From positions 8,205,331 to 8,269,330 of the forward strand of contig NC_092575.1 in assembly GCF_037975245.1 (NCBI RefSeq): a stretch of 64,000 nucleotides of DNA. The letters run 5' to 3'. The DNA comes from Apostichopus japonicus. Its lineage: Eukaryota. Shown here piece after piece: positions 1-11,807 of the stretch; within the stretch, counting starts at the first letter, position 1; each line of letters opens with the position of its first letter. The notes under the pieces are model-generated. The model made no database searches, was not told the origin of the DNA, and saw nothing but the letters and a program-made list of their open reading frames with translations. A program made the translations under genes and the position numbers.

Positions 1-1285
1 TGTATCACTGCATAGTAATTTCACTTCCATTTCTACTGTACATTTTAGTAATGGGATGTGATTAAATAGTTGAATTGTGACTGGTATCGTACCGTACATG
101 TTTACCCACATGCTGTACAAAATATGCACATGAACATTAGGGATGTGAACAAATAACAAAAGTTGTATGTCTATCACATTGGCAGATAGACGTCGTTTAA
201 TTGTGGAAGAGGATGCTACTAGCGAAGTGGTTAAGAAAGTCTATCCTTGGCTATTTGAAGATGAAGAGGTACTGTATTAATATGTCTTTGTAGATATTAT
301 TTATTATACAGTAGTCTGCGTAAAAGTAAAATTCAATCTTGTGGTTTCAAAAGTTATGGACATTTGAATATATTCACTTTATGCCCGCCACTTGTTCGAA
401 CCACGACTTTGTTTTTCAAAAATCAATTCAAGACAGTGTTGCGCTAAGCAGCGCGATTGCAGGATTCCCACACTTTTTTTGCTGATACCGCTATTGGGAA
501 TTTGTAGGGGGGATGTTCCCCCTTAAAAAGAAAACCACTTTGTTTTATTCTGAGCTAGAGCCCGATCTATACCTTTATCAGCAAGATCACTCCGCAAAAC
601 CTCATGTCCTCATCCCAAGACTTGGGGAGCCTACTGCTCCTACATTGACCAGCTACAGTAGTCTCTCTCTACTTCTTTACCAATTCGCATCTTCCATCCC
701 TTTCGACATGTCTAAACCATCTCAATCTACGTCTCTGAACATAATCCCGAATATGTGTTAGTCCTAAGCGATCTCTTAACTTCTCAGGTGAATTTACCAT
801 ATGTACTGTATAATCTAATTGATCTCATTTAACCATAGATACTACTTGAATTAAAGCGACTTGAAGGAAAGACGACAATGGCACAGTTGCTTGGTGAAGG
901 GCTTTCCAAGTATGGAGATGCCATAATCCGCTGCACTTTGAAGATGAAGCATCCCACTGTCATAGATACATCCATGGAGAAGGACGAGGGTGCCCGTTAA
1001 GGTACATTAGTAACAATTCAATCTGTAATTCACTATTCAAGTGATCATCACCCAGGTGTGTGCTGGGTCTTCAAAATGGACTACGAGCAAAGTCTGAGGC
1101 AGGGGTGGATGCAAAATATGTCTTGGTAAGGGGGTACAGTATAACCATTCAGATGTATGGTAGTGAAAAATAAACACCTTCATTAGACATTAACGTTTGT
1201 CGTCTTGCATCATACAGTCTGAGGAAAATAGGGCGCATCCGTACATACTCAGACTGTGGTAGCACTAAAAGGCTAGTGCACGCAT

Positions 1286-1636
1286 TTGTCTCTTCACATC
1301 TTGACTCTTGCAACAGACTCATTTATGGACTGCCAAATAAGCTCCAGCGTTGTACGAGCTGCCAGGTTGGTTACCTTATCTAGGAAGTGTGAACACATAA
1401 CCCCCATCCTTGTAAATCTCCACTGGTTACAAGTGAAGAAGCGTATCATGTGTAAGTTAATGCTTTTGACCTACAAAATATTAAATAAACTTGCTCCATA
1501 CTATCTATGTAAACTTCTCAATATCAATGAACCGGTACATATTCTCAGGTCAAATGCTGCTACAACACTTATTGTACAAATGTCAGCACCATTACTTACG
1601 GTGAGAGTTCTTTTTTCAGCAGCTGCTAAACTCTGA
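1286..1636 (+). mobile_element. Repeat-derived ORF fragment. Its conserved tail motif ...HITPILVNLHWLQVKKRI..KLMLLTYKILNKLAPYYL...LRS..AT.L.V is the kind seen in interspersed-repeat-encoded ORFs of aquatic deuterostome genomes. The transposable-element class is not determined.
   Basis: 116-aa ORF whose motif order (ITPIL-LHWLPV-RI-FK-LLL-YK-L-LAP-YL ... LRS...L.VP) matches a widespread repeat-encoded protein tail. A perfect palindrome (tgatttaaatcagtg / cactgatttaaatca) follows at 1735-1790. No start context or splice support. Confidence 0.3.
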
Positions 1637-3056
1637 AACCAACTACCACCACATGTTTGAAATGCTAAATCTATATGTAAATTTAGGACCTTGTTAAGAC
1701 TTACTAGCAGAGGGTTGTGTGATTTTAAATTATGCTGATTTAAATCAGTGGTTTTTTTTAAATCACTGATTTAAATCACTTTTCTAATTCTTGGCAGGAA
1801 AAGTTGAATCTGTGGTCAGCATATTCTCTGAAATCAAGCAGTTCCTTATAAAATAGAGTCTCAATCAAGTATCAAAGCAATTTCAGTAAATCTGGGGGGG
1901 GGGGGGTTGTATTTTCAGGGAGAAAAATCCTTGTCACATACACCGGTATGGCATGAGGCCTATCATGCTAAAACAAATTGAACAATTCTAGAAATTGCCT
2001 GCTAGAATCCCCTCAGAGTTCAGTTAAGTTCAGTAGAATAAGGATCAGGATGGACCCTGTGAAAGACCCTGTACCACAGATAACCCAGACTGCCAGATAT
2101 GATCATGGATGAACACAATCAAGTGCTCAGATGATAACGAGACAGGCTGTGTATTGACGGTAGATTGCATAAATTATGGCTGTGAAGTACTTCATTTGGT
2201 ACAAACAAGTGTCTGTGTTCAACAAAGGGAAATTGGTACAGTATCATGGGCCCCTTAGTGGAGGGGATATAGGGCCTAATTTTGAAATTATATTCAAGAC
2301 TGTTGACTTCCCTTGATTGTCCCGAAATCAAATTAAATCATTGGGCTGACTGCTCGTATGTGATATGGGTGGGTATAGATGTTTTTGGAAGATTTAGGTA
2401 ACATTTGAGAGGAAATTGAACTTTTGATTATTGCAAAATTTATTTGATTATTAAAAAAAAAATTAAAAAATCAACTCTGAATTAGCATTTATATTTGCAA
2501 TATGGGTAATGTTTTGTATAATTATATTTTTTCTGTGTGCAGTGCATTGCAGCATTGTGGTCTTGGACGGAATGCCCTATATAAAAACGTTTTATTATTA
2601 TTAAGGTTATTATAACATGTTTGAAGTTATGGATATGGATATAGAATGTCTATTCCAATTTCCAAAAATATATTGTTCAATATGCAAATCCATGGGTGGA
2701 AGTAGGTGGTATGTGACAACTTGCCCCCACTTCCCCCTATATGCCTATATGTATTATAGGCTACACGATATGCAGTTTGATCCATTTATATGATGCAATG
2801 TTACATTGTTACAAGCTGAGTATATGGAAATCTAGTCTACTTACTCTACTTTGGAAACAAGAGGCATTTCAATTTATCACTGTCTGCATATTCTCAAATA
2901 ATATCTTCCTTGTTCAACTTTCACACTAGTTCATGCTCTGTTGCCAGCTGAATCCTGAGGTTCAAATTTTCATGTGTCAATCTGCTTGCTAGTCTGCTCT
3001 CTATTATCTTCATTTTACTGAAGACCTCAGAATATGGTATATGGTTGTTAATTCAG

Positions 3057-3090
3057 GGAAAACATGTTCTCGGACTTCAGGAATCTGTAG
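3057..3090 (+). CDS. Candidate short internal coding exon (34 nt, ends in phase 1) of an unidentified + strand gene
   Basis: Acceptor ...ttgttaattcag|gg and donor ctgtag|gtatca. Only one frame is open (GKHVLGLQESV + 1 nt), and it leaves exactly the 1 nt needed to complete the first codon of the exon at 3653. Confidence 0.2.
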
Positions 3091-3652
3091 GTATCAATGA
3101 AACCTATCTGCTTTGGGTCCAAGATACGAGTTTGACAACTGATACATATTCTTGACAAATGGAGCAACTCTTTCAATACAATCTCAGTATTTGATATTTT
3201 TCCATTAATGTTTCTATATTTTGCTTCAAATGTTCCTTATCAGTTATCATTGTCTTGAATCCCTCAAGCTGAAACAATGACATGGATGCAATCATTTTTT
3301 ATGGCCCATGCCAGTAGGGGCCCACGACAAATAACTGAACAATTGGCTTAACTTAAAGATGCTTGCTTGGGTTGAGCTCATACTTGATATTACTTAGCTA
3401 AGTAGCCTAGACCTTATCAAATGATACAAATATCTTTGCTGAAAATAAGACCTGTGATGTATTTAGTACTCTACTTTAATATTGTCACCTAAGCAATTTA
3501 TCGAGCATTGAGTATTGCTCTCCGGACTGCAGATGAGTGAATCTGTGATATTTTTGTCCTATCGATGTTACCAAATATGACATAATATCACTCTTCTGAA
3601 ATGTCATGATGTAATGAGTGCTTTAACATTCTGTTGTTGATTTTTCTTTTAG

Positions 3653-3741
3653 AGTCTAGAATGCATGCAGCAATTCTGTCAGTTCCGACTCTACTGAATG
3701 AGAAGTTGGGTGCTATGATTGTATTTGCAGATGAGGATAGT
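3653..3741 (+). CDS. Candidate penultimate coding exon of an unidentified + strand gene (..SRMHAAILSVPTLLNEKLGAMIVFADEDS)
   Basis: Strong acceptor (tgttgttgatttttcttttag|ag) and strong donor (gatagt|gtaagtacc). A single open frame begins with 2 nt and ends in phase 0, matching the phase-0 start of the exon at 4963. Confidence 0.35.
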
Positions 3742-3837
3742 GTAAGTACCCAATGTATTATTTAAATCAACAGTATGTAAACTATGGGTCAAGGCCATCA
3801 GAGGTGGTCTGATATTGTATGTTACAGTGTCGAGGGT

Positions 3838-4262
3838 TCATCATGATAGTGCCCTGGTAGTGTTTCCTTTGGGGTATTCAGCAATTTTAGGTCTGATGCC
3901 ATATGGGCTATTTCAGGAAATAACTCAAAATTAATATTTTCCTACAGATTTTATGGTCACAATGCTTAGAGTTTAATTGTCACGATAGTGTTTTGGTAGT
4001 GCTCCTTTGGGGTGTTTGGAATTTTAGGCCAAAGGTCATGTATGGGCCATATGGGCCATTTTGAACTCCTGAACTCCGCCTGAAATCACACAAAATGTTT
4101 CTTTTCCTATGAATTCTATGGTGCAGTGTTGAGCATTTTTCACAGTGGTACTTAGGTAGTGCCTCCTTTGGGTTTTTAGGATTTGGGGGCCTAAGTCACC
4201 TGTAGACCATATGGGCCAATTTATGAAATCACTCAAAATGATACTTTTCATACAAATTTGCC
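3838..4262. repeat. Tandem repeat of about 140 bp, roughly 3 copies (ggtagtg.tcctttgggg...ttttaggcc...catatgggcca.tt..gaaat.actcaaaat)
   Basis: Three consecutive units are visibly alignable by eye. The array is flanked by poly-T/poly-G tracts at 4290-4340. Confidence 0.6.
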
Positions 4263-4962
4263 CTAAAATTGGTTTAGCCCTAACATTTGTTGGGGCATCT
4301 TTTTTTTTTGGGGGGGGGGGGCATTTTTTGGCATCCTTATTTCTGGGGGGCCTTGAAATATTTGGGCCCTGAAAACCTTCTGTCTGCAACAAAGGCCCGC
4401 ACATCTGATCATTATTCCCTAACTAAATATCACATGTATGACCTGGGAGTGTTCATAGCTGTAAATATAGTAAGGGCATCATCACAAAGGTAGAATAGAC
4501 TAGTATGTATGTGATAACTGGAACAGAATGTTGGACAGATTTCAATCTGTAGTTGCTGTAACCATAACCCAACGTGGATTTCCTGATCAGCCCCAAGTGT
4601 ATTAAAATCATCTAGTGGAATGAATCCCTACCATGATGTAATTAGCTGTAACAAGATGTCATAACTCATGGCAAATATTCATTTCTCTCTAAAATACACG
4701 GAACCAGTGCACCATTTAGCTTTGTTGTTTCATTTATTCTATTATTTATATCATCAAAAATAGTATTACTTGTAGTGAATACGATGTACTGTAAATTGAT
4801 TTGAAAAAATATTTAAGAAATTATTTATTTTGATTCCTTCGTTGGTGGAGTATATTTGTTTGTTGGTCACTCATGGCCATCATGGTGGATCAGCCACCCC
4901 TCCCATTTTCTGAAACTGGAAAGCGCTGTATATTGAATACATATACCTTAATATCTTTGCAG

Positions 4963-5160
4963 GTTACAGACTTGTCAGACGTGCCAGTTTATATCCAGGT
5001 GACAGAGGATGAAGGTGTTCCAGAGTACACTGTGATAGTGGAAACCTTGCAAGTAGCTACTTTGAAAAGTTTGTTCGCAGCCATGTGCAATTATTTGGCA
5101 GTGTTCTATGTCCTAAATATGGCATATGAGCCTTTGCTGAAGAAAACCCTTCAGTTTTAA
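4963..5160 (+). CDS. Candidate terminal coding exon (VTDLSDVPVYIQVTEDEGVPEYTVIVETLQ...KKTLQF*) with a downstream polyA signal
   Basis: Acceptor ccttaatatctttgcag|gtt. The open frame runs to TAA at 5158-5160. AATAAA at 5211-5216 lies about 50 nt past the stop. Phase-compatible with the exon at 3653-3741. Product not recognised. Confidence 0.35.
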   Translation, partial: VTDLSDVPVYIQVTEDEGVPEYTVIVETLQVATLKSLFAAMCNYLAVFYVLNMAYEPLLKKTLQF

Positions 5161-5789
5161 AAAAAAACATTTTGAATGTTGATGATACTACACCGGCAGA
5201 TAAATCAGTCAATAAAATTCTGGAGAAACTAAACATGCAAATCACTAAAAATTGATGGCCTAATTACTGCTCCAGGCACCTACCATTTTTTGTACAGTTT
5301 TTTTGGCTCAAACTGTCATCACATTTATAACATAGAATACTGCCTATCAATTGCACTAGCATATATGAGTCAAAATAGGCTAAGGTGTTATAAAACTGTA
5401 ACTAACTTGCAAATAATAAGTCATTGAAAATTTTTTCATTATCATTTGAGCTGTTGCGTGTGTTTTGACTTACAAAATGTTGTTATTTTTGGTTACGATG
5501 CCGAAGGCCGAGTAACCTATGTGATCAAGTTGGCGTGTGTGAGGGTGCGTTTGTTTTGCTATCTGACCGAGGACTTGAACAAACCAATTTCAGGTCCTCG
5601 GTTGTGATTTCTAAAGAATCACCACGTCCTCGGAAGAATTCTATTGTATGGGGTATTGTTAATGTTACGGTACGTGGATTTGAACAATGGAAAATACAAT
5701 GGGGTCCTCGGTCTGAACGAAACACAAACATGTATGCGTGTGTGTGTGTGATGTGACAGCTTGCTCGTAAACACAATATCTCAACAACG

Positions 5790-7330
5790 ACACATTGGAT
5801 CAATGTCATATTGGACTGGTGATGTGTGGATGGTCCCTATTGTTTTTGTTCTCCATCACATGAATATTAATAAGTGGGCAGGGCTTAAAGTAAAATTCTT
5901 AAAATGTCAATATCTTCGCAACGGTATGTCCGATCTGCTTCATACTTGGTATGGTGATGTAAGTGGTTCATTGTCACATGACAATGGAATTTCATCTAAT
6001 TAATATTCATGAGTAGGTGGGGCTTAATCCTTAATTGCTAGAAATAGCTTGTAAACCTGAAATCTTAGAAATTAAATGTTGAATTACTGTCATTTTGAAC
6101 TGGTACATGCTCCATGATTAGTAGATGTTCCCTATTGTTTTTGTTGTTCATGACATGAATATTAATGAGTAGGCAGCAGTTAAAGTGAAATTCTTAAAAT
6201 GTCAATAACTTTGCAACGGTATAACCGATCATCTCCATACTTTGTTGATTGGTGGTGGATAATAATAGTTACATTTTCATATGAAAATAACATGTAACCT
6301 CATTAATATTCATGTGTTTGTTGGCCATATAGCATTTGTTGTACCTCATTCCTAAACTCCTGTCATTCGTCACGTTTGACATGTTTTCCTGGTTCCTGGG
6401 AGCTTGCTGATCTTATCTATATTTGTTTTGCTTTATAAAACCATGAAATTGGCTAGCCAGGCCATTAAAGGAGTAGTCCAGTGACAAATTACACTGGACT
6501 GAAAAAAGTAACCTTTGCAATTAAGTTGGCATATGTGTATGTTGTGATGAGTTGGCATGTTTGTATGTTTTGATCAAGTTTGCGTGTGGGTATGTGTATA
6601 TGTATGTTGCATAAATAGCTGGCTCAGACAATTAAAGGGATAGTCTATAGTGAAAATAGTAAATGAACTTAATAATCTGGTATTACTGTACATGTACCTA
6701 TAGAGTATAGGGAAATCTTATGTGAGTGGGGTAGATTAATGTGTTGGTAGTAAGGTGTGAAACTGGTAAAATCTGATGGGTGTCAGGTGGGGGGGGGGGT
6801 TGTCAGATGAGTAGGGTGATGTTGGGATCAGGGTTGTAGGATGGTAGGTGAGGCTGCAGGTGGTATGATGGTAAGGGTTCCGCTCTGGGTTGGGGATATG
6901 GGTTGTGTCGTATGATCCCCATGTGTTTGTCTGGAGAGGGGGTGTGGGGTGGTGAAATGCCTAGAGTCAACTATATCACTTTTTTCAACTTTATATGTAC
7001 ATCAATAAAGGCATTAATTTTTGGTTTTGTTTACGATAGCCAGGTAATCTACAGTTTAGCATGTTTGCAAGTGTATGTATAATCTTAAAAACAATATATT
7101 TAATTACCCTAAATGTATTGAATAACTTGTAGATATGCTACATTATCATTACATGGACCTCATTGTTTTTGTTGTCCAGTACATGAATATGTGGGTGGGG
7201 CTTGTAATCAAATTCTTAAAATGTCGATATTTTTTCAAATATATGTCTGATCACCTTCATACTTGGTAGGTTGGTACAGTAGTGCCACATGAAACTGAAA
7301 TTTCATTTATATTCATGAGTGCACTGACAA
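5790..7330. repeat. Dispersed repeat of about 200 bp in three direct copies (5790-6010, 6120-6310, 7150-7320)
   Basis: Shared blocks: ccctattgtttttgtt.tccatcacatgaatattaatgagt.ggcag..ttaaagt.aaattcttaaaatgtcaata.ctt.gcaacggtat..ccgatc..ct.catacttggt. The copies are separated by a G/T-rich low-complexity tract (6780-6960). Confidence 0.55.
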
Positions 7331-7607
7331 CTTTATGTCTGATCAGCTTCAGTTTGGTTTCAGTTGTCTGGCAATAAGTACAATACAGGTATATAACAAT
7401 AACAAATTCTGACTTATCTTATTTCATAAACTCTCATCGGCATCAGAACCACTAAACCTTTGGGTTTTCTGGTTCTTCAATTACTGATGAAATCAGACAC
7501 TCTTTTGTACTTACTATTGAGGTGAAGCATATGTAGTGTTTAAGAGAAAATATAAAATGTGATTCCAAATTAATACAGAAATTCTTGCTTTCTTTTTTTC
7601 ATGTGAG

Positions 7608-7745
7608 AGGGCTTGATGGTCTAGCAGTGGTTAAGGCCCAATCAGGTATTATATCCAAGAATTGTTCCCACCAGTTAGCTCAACAGACAGCTTTGTACCT
7701 ATAAGGGAGTTGTCGCAGGTTCGAATCTGTGGTGGGTCATATAAA
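7608..7745 (+). mobile_element. tRNA-derived SINE-like head. It carries pol III A-box and B-box motifs but is not a genuine tRNA.
   Basis: gggcttgatggtctagcagtggttaaggc contains an A-box-like TRGCNNAGTGG. gtcgcaggttcgaatctgtggtggg contains the B-box GGTTCGAATC. At about 135 nt with internal insertions it is too long for a cloverleaf tRNA. Confidence 0.45.
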
Positions 7746-7774
7746 ACTAGTATAGAAAAACTACTTTTATCCAT

Positions 7775-8215
7775 GGGCAAGACTAACTGGATTAGTCAAG
7801 TGACTGCTGGGCTAATCATTTAGGTCGCTTGACAAAAGCCTGGTCGATAGAGCATTGTTGAAAGACTAGCAAAAACTGGTCATGTGACTAATTGAATAAG
7901 TCAATTGACATCTTGACTAATCGTTTAGGTCGCTTGACTAAAGCCTGGTCGATAGAGGCATAATTGAATGACTAGTAAAAACTGGTCATGTGACTAATTG
8001 AATTAGTCAACTGACATCTTGACTAATCGTTTAGGTCGCTTGACTAAAGCCTGGTCGATAGAGGCATAATTGAATGACTAGTAAAAACTGGTCATGTGAC
8101 CAGGTTTACTTAGTCATATGACCAGAACTATTTGGTCACTGGACCAAAAGTTAGTCAAGTGACTAGAATTAATTGGTCGATAGAAGCATTGTCTGGACTA
8201 ATGTACTCTAGTCAT
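7775..8215. repeat. Tandem repeat of about 120 bp, roughly 3.5 copies (actaatcgtttaggtcgcttgactaaagcctggtcgatagaggcataattgaatgactagtaaaaactggtcatgtgactaattgaat.agtcaa.tgacatcttg)
   Basis: Near-identical consecutive units start immediately 3' of the SINE-like head. This may be the element's body or tail. Confidence 0.6.
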
Positions 8216-11200
8216 CTTGACTAGATTATGTTTACAGTGTACCAATTGAGTTGCTGCCTCAGTGGTGAGCATTTTGTTGATGATATTTGCGACCTGTGGA
8301 CTCATTGTCATACCAAAGTTGAACATAACCCCCGGGTATCTAACAGAGTTTGTTTGGACGGGAACATCCACACCAGCAACAGCCACAGACGGCAAATGGC
8401 TCCAATCCACTATAACCTCGTTTTGTCTGCATTGAGTTTAAGAAAGATGTACAAAAGCTTGTTTACAAGGTTTTTCCATGTTGCAGCTGGTGACATTTGA
8501 CCTTGCCCAATATAACGACAGCTGCCAACTAACTAAGGGAAAAGTTCATGCACTCATGTAGGCTGAGTGAGTTACGGTATCGTATTAACGAGCCAATTCG
8601 TCATGAACAATTCGTCATGCGCAGACATACGCAATCACCATCACATAGATTCTTTATGAATTAGGCGAATAATAAACAAAAGTCGAAAACATAAAGTTGA
8701 AAATTCGAGAAACAAGTCGAAATTTTGATATGAGCCAATATATCAGCCAATAGATAAAATTTTAAGAATTATAATAGTACTAATTGCATTTCCAAAGAGA
8801 AGTTGTGAGAAAAAAAGTGAGAAATCCACGGAGATTTAAAAAACATGAAAAGATAAAAGTTGGTTTTCACTATAGGTCCCATTTGAGCCACAGAAGCATC
8901 TACAAAAATACTCAAGTTCTTCTGATTAATATCCACAAAGCCCACCAGCTTCTGCTCATCCATCTTTGACGCCACTGCTTTATCATTTAACTCCGCTTGC
9001 AAGGGCCGATCCAGGATTTAAACCATAGTGACAACACTTCAAGTATAGTGATTTGATTAATTTCACGTTTTGACGTAAAAGAAAAAAAATTGTTGAAACT
9101 ATTTTCATTTATTAACAAAATGACCAATACACTCATATTTGAGTAGTGAACACAGCCTAGAATGTGATAAATTTCTATAGCATTAATTGGTTCTTAAATT
9201 GTCATAACAATGCAGACTAGTCAAGTTACGTTTCAAATAATTAAGACAAAGACTGTCAATGTGATTAAATTGGACATTATGATGTGGAGCAGCGTATATG
9301 CCACAAATATTTAGTAGGATATAAAGTTATATTAGTAGCCTAGCCTACTACTTTATTACATATGGTGAAAGAAGCTTCATCCATTCTAATGATACCATAG
9401 GTTTGAATAAGTTGCACTTACTAGTTCCGGCGAAATAACAGGATTGTAAAAAGTTCACCTTAGTTTTAACATTGCCGTTTTTGTGTTCCCAATAAATTCA
9501 AACTTTGATCTATATTGACCCAAGATGACTTTTGACCCCTGCATAACTTGACACGGTCTTTGTTCTCACTGAAAGAGATGCACATATTAAGTGTGAACAT
9601 CGTCCATGCGTCAATTTTGGACTTTTCAAGCCTACAAGGTTTCGGAATTTGACTTCTCCCTCCTGACCTTTGCTATTCGCAAAAACAATGCGGCTTTTAA
9701 ACGCACTGTGATGGATGTCTTTACCAATTTGAAGGTCATTCAAGTTTAACTTGCCTGCCTAAGGCAAGAAACAACTCGGGGAGGGAGGGATTGTCCCGGG
9801 CTCGTTGAACTAAATCTCCATGGAAGGGGGCCTCAGAAGAAAGACGTGAAATGGTCATATTAAGGCATATTTAGGCAATAAACAAGGCCTACACGCAAGT
9901 TTTAATGACGTCTTTTAACTTTATACCCCACAACAGATAATTGTCCGAAGTATTCGAGTCATAAATCTAGACTAGCACCTTTGGCGCTATACAATATTTT
10001 TGGATGCAACTTGTGACTGTAAAATTCTCTAACAACTTATGGCCGTTCGCCCCTGCAATTGTGTCCAAGAATTTGTACCATTGTACTTAATAGAGCGTCA
10101 CCAACTTGGTAAGATTTGAGTAAGATCAATTCACCATGAAAGCATACACCATCATCAGAAAGCCAGTTGGCTCTGTGATTAACCTGTGAGCTAATCCACG
10201 AGCCATTTTTTCACCATTAGAGACTGAAAACTGACAGGAACGTAGAAGCGCAGTTTAAAGCATGAATATGAACTCTACAAGCAATTTCATTTCCTGGATG
10301 ACTGTAGCCTAATGATCTATATTGCCCCTTCACAAAACTTCACTTGACCAGACTACGTTAAAGGCATTGAAGACTCGCCCCAAACCGCGTTCGGCCAGCT
10401 GAAAAAGTTAACTTTACGTTGCTTGCAAGTGACGTTTTGCTCGTGTCGCTACAAAATGCAGACAGTAATGAAACGTGAAACCGTGTTACCTTTAGCTGAA
10501 CCTGAGATGTCCATCGCTGTATCGTTTATACATTGTGCTGAAAACTGTCCTGGTGAAATATTTGGTCTGATGGGACATGTTCATGTCTTGTAACAAAAGT
10601 GAACTTGAAGCTAATGGAAGTGATGTCATAGATGTACACTGACAAAGTTGTTTTTATTTATAATCGTTATCAAATTTCCCTAAACAATTTGGACCCTTTG
10701 ACAACATGAATACCCCCTAGAATATAGGTATACGTAACTTCAACATACAATATTTTGCTGTCATTATGCAACTTTGACATCACACCTGTCTGCTTCACAT
10801 TAGCTTTTGGAGCAACCTGTGCAAGGTAGGAACACCATCCTCTTTCTTCATGTTATGATTTCTTTGTGACGATTTCCACTGGAGGGATAAAACTTCCTTT
10901 TCTTGGGCGGAAGGGTCGGGAAGGGGAGTTGGAAGATTGATAATATGCCTACTCTTTCAGGTTTGTTCTCAATGGTAGATCAAAATGGTTCTCAAAGCAG
11001 AAGGGGTCCAACAGTGTTGTCAGTTAGTCATTGTCAAAGAGCAGGAACTTAACACCTGCAGAGGAATATGGGTTAGGGACAAGACTGGCAATCAACAAAG
11101 ATCATCATTGAACATTCAACATGTTACAGTTAGCCTTGCTGCAATTTATGGTCAAGAAAAATGAAATAACAATCCATTTTTAAGGTTAACAAAATGCAAA

Positions 11201-11537
11201 TGTAATAACTGTTATATAAATGTACATTGATTATGTTGGTAATATACATTAGCTGGTAAAAACAAAATATGAAGCTGAAAGTTGCATCTGAAGAAATGAA
11301 TACAAGAGCGATTAACAACAGGGAGCATCAATTTCATGGGTGTAAATCCAGTGCTAAAGGAAAATAGAGTACAAGCATGTGGCCATCTACCATCTGACAT
11401 TTCACACCAACAGCGCCCAACATCATCTTCTCCCATCAGTAACTTGTGTAATTTGGTATTGGTCATGTTCCTGTTGTTATAGGATGTTCCTTGATAGCAC
11501 CAAAGAAATACTGCAAAACCAAATGTTATGATTGGCC

Positions 11538-11807
11538 TTAACCAGACTTGAACAGCAAGACTGCAACCTGCCCGAGGTAAAAGTAAATAAAGTGTTTCGT
11601 TTCATGGGTCACATAGCTTCCAAAATTGCGGCCAACAATACAGTGCCATGTTGGGCTGTATTTCTTGTCAAATTCCTTCTTGATAGATGCTGCAATGTCC
11701 TTTTCAATGTTGAATTTCTCCATTGCTTGATTGGAACAATCAATGGCATCTTGTTGCATCTCTTCCGTCATGTCAGCATTCTTGACAACAGCTTTCCTTT
11801 CAGACAT
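11538..11807 (-). CDS. DYNLL: Dynein light chain LC8-type (DYNLL1/DYNLL2 ortholog), a complete 89-aa CDS within a single exon
   Basis: The minus-strand ORF translates to [89 protein letters not shown]. It matches human DYNLL1 in length and is about 90% identical. A likely acceptor (tttttactcag|gaag) sits 24 nt upstream of the ATG, on the + strand at about 11832-11836. Confidence 0.9.
   Translation of the reverse strand: MSERKAVVKNADMTEEMQQDAIDCSNQAMEKFNIEKDIAASIKKEFDKKYSPTWHCIVGRNFGSYVTHETKHFIYFYLGQVAVLLFKSG

Noticed and set aside
513-761. An 82-aa + strand ORF at the window start
   Set aside because: Proline/serine-rich with no homology or splice context. It sits in the TE-derived left flank.
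7608-7745. Possible tRNA gene
   Set aside because: A- and B-box motifs are present, but the spacing is too long (about 135 nt) and the intervening sequence cannot form a cloverleaf. It is better explained as a tRNA-derived SINE head.
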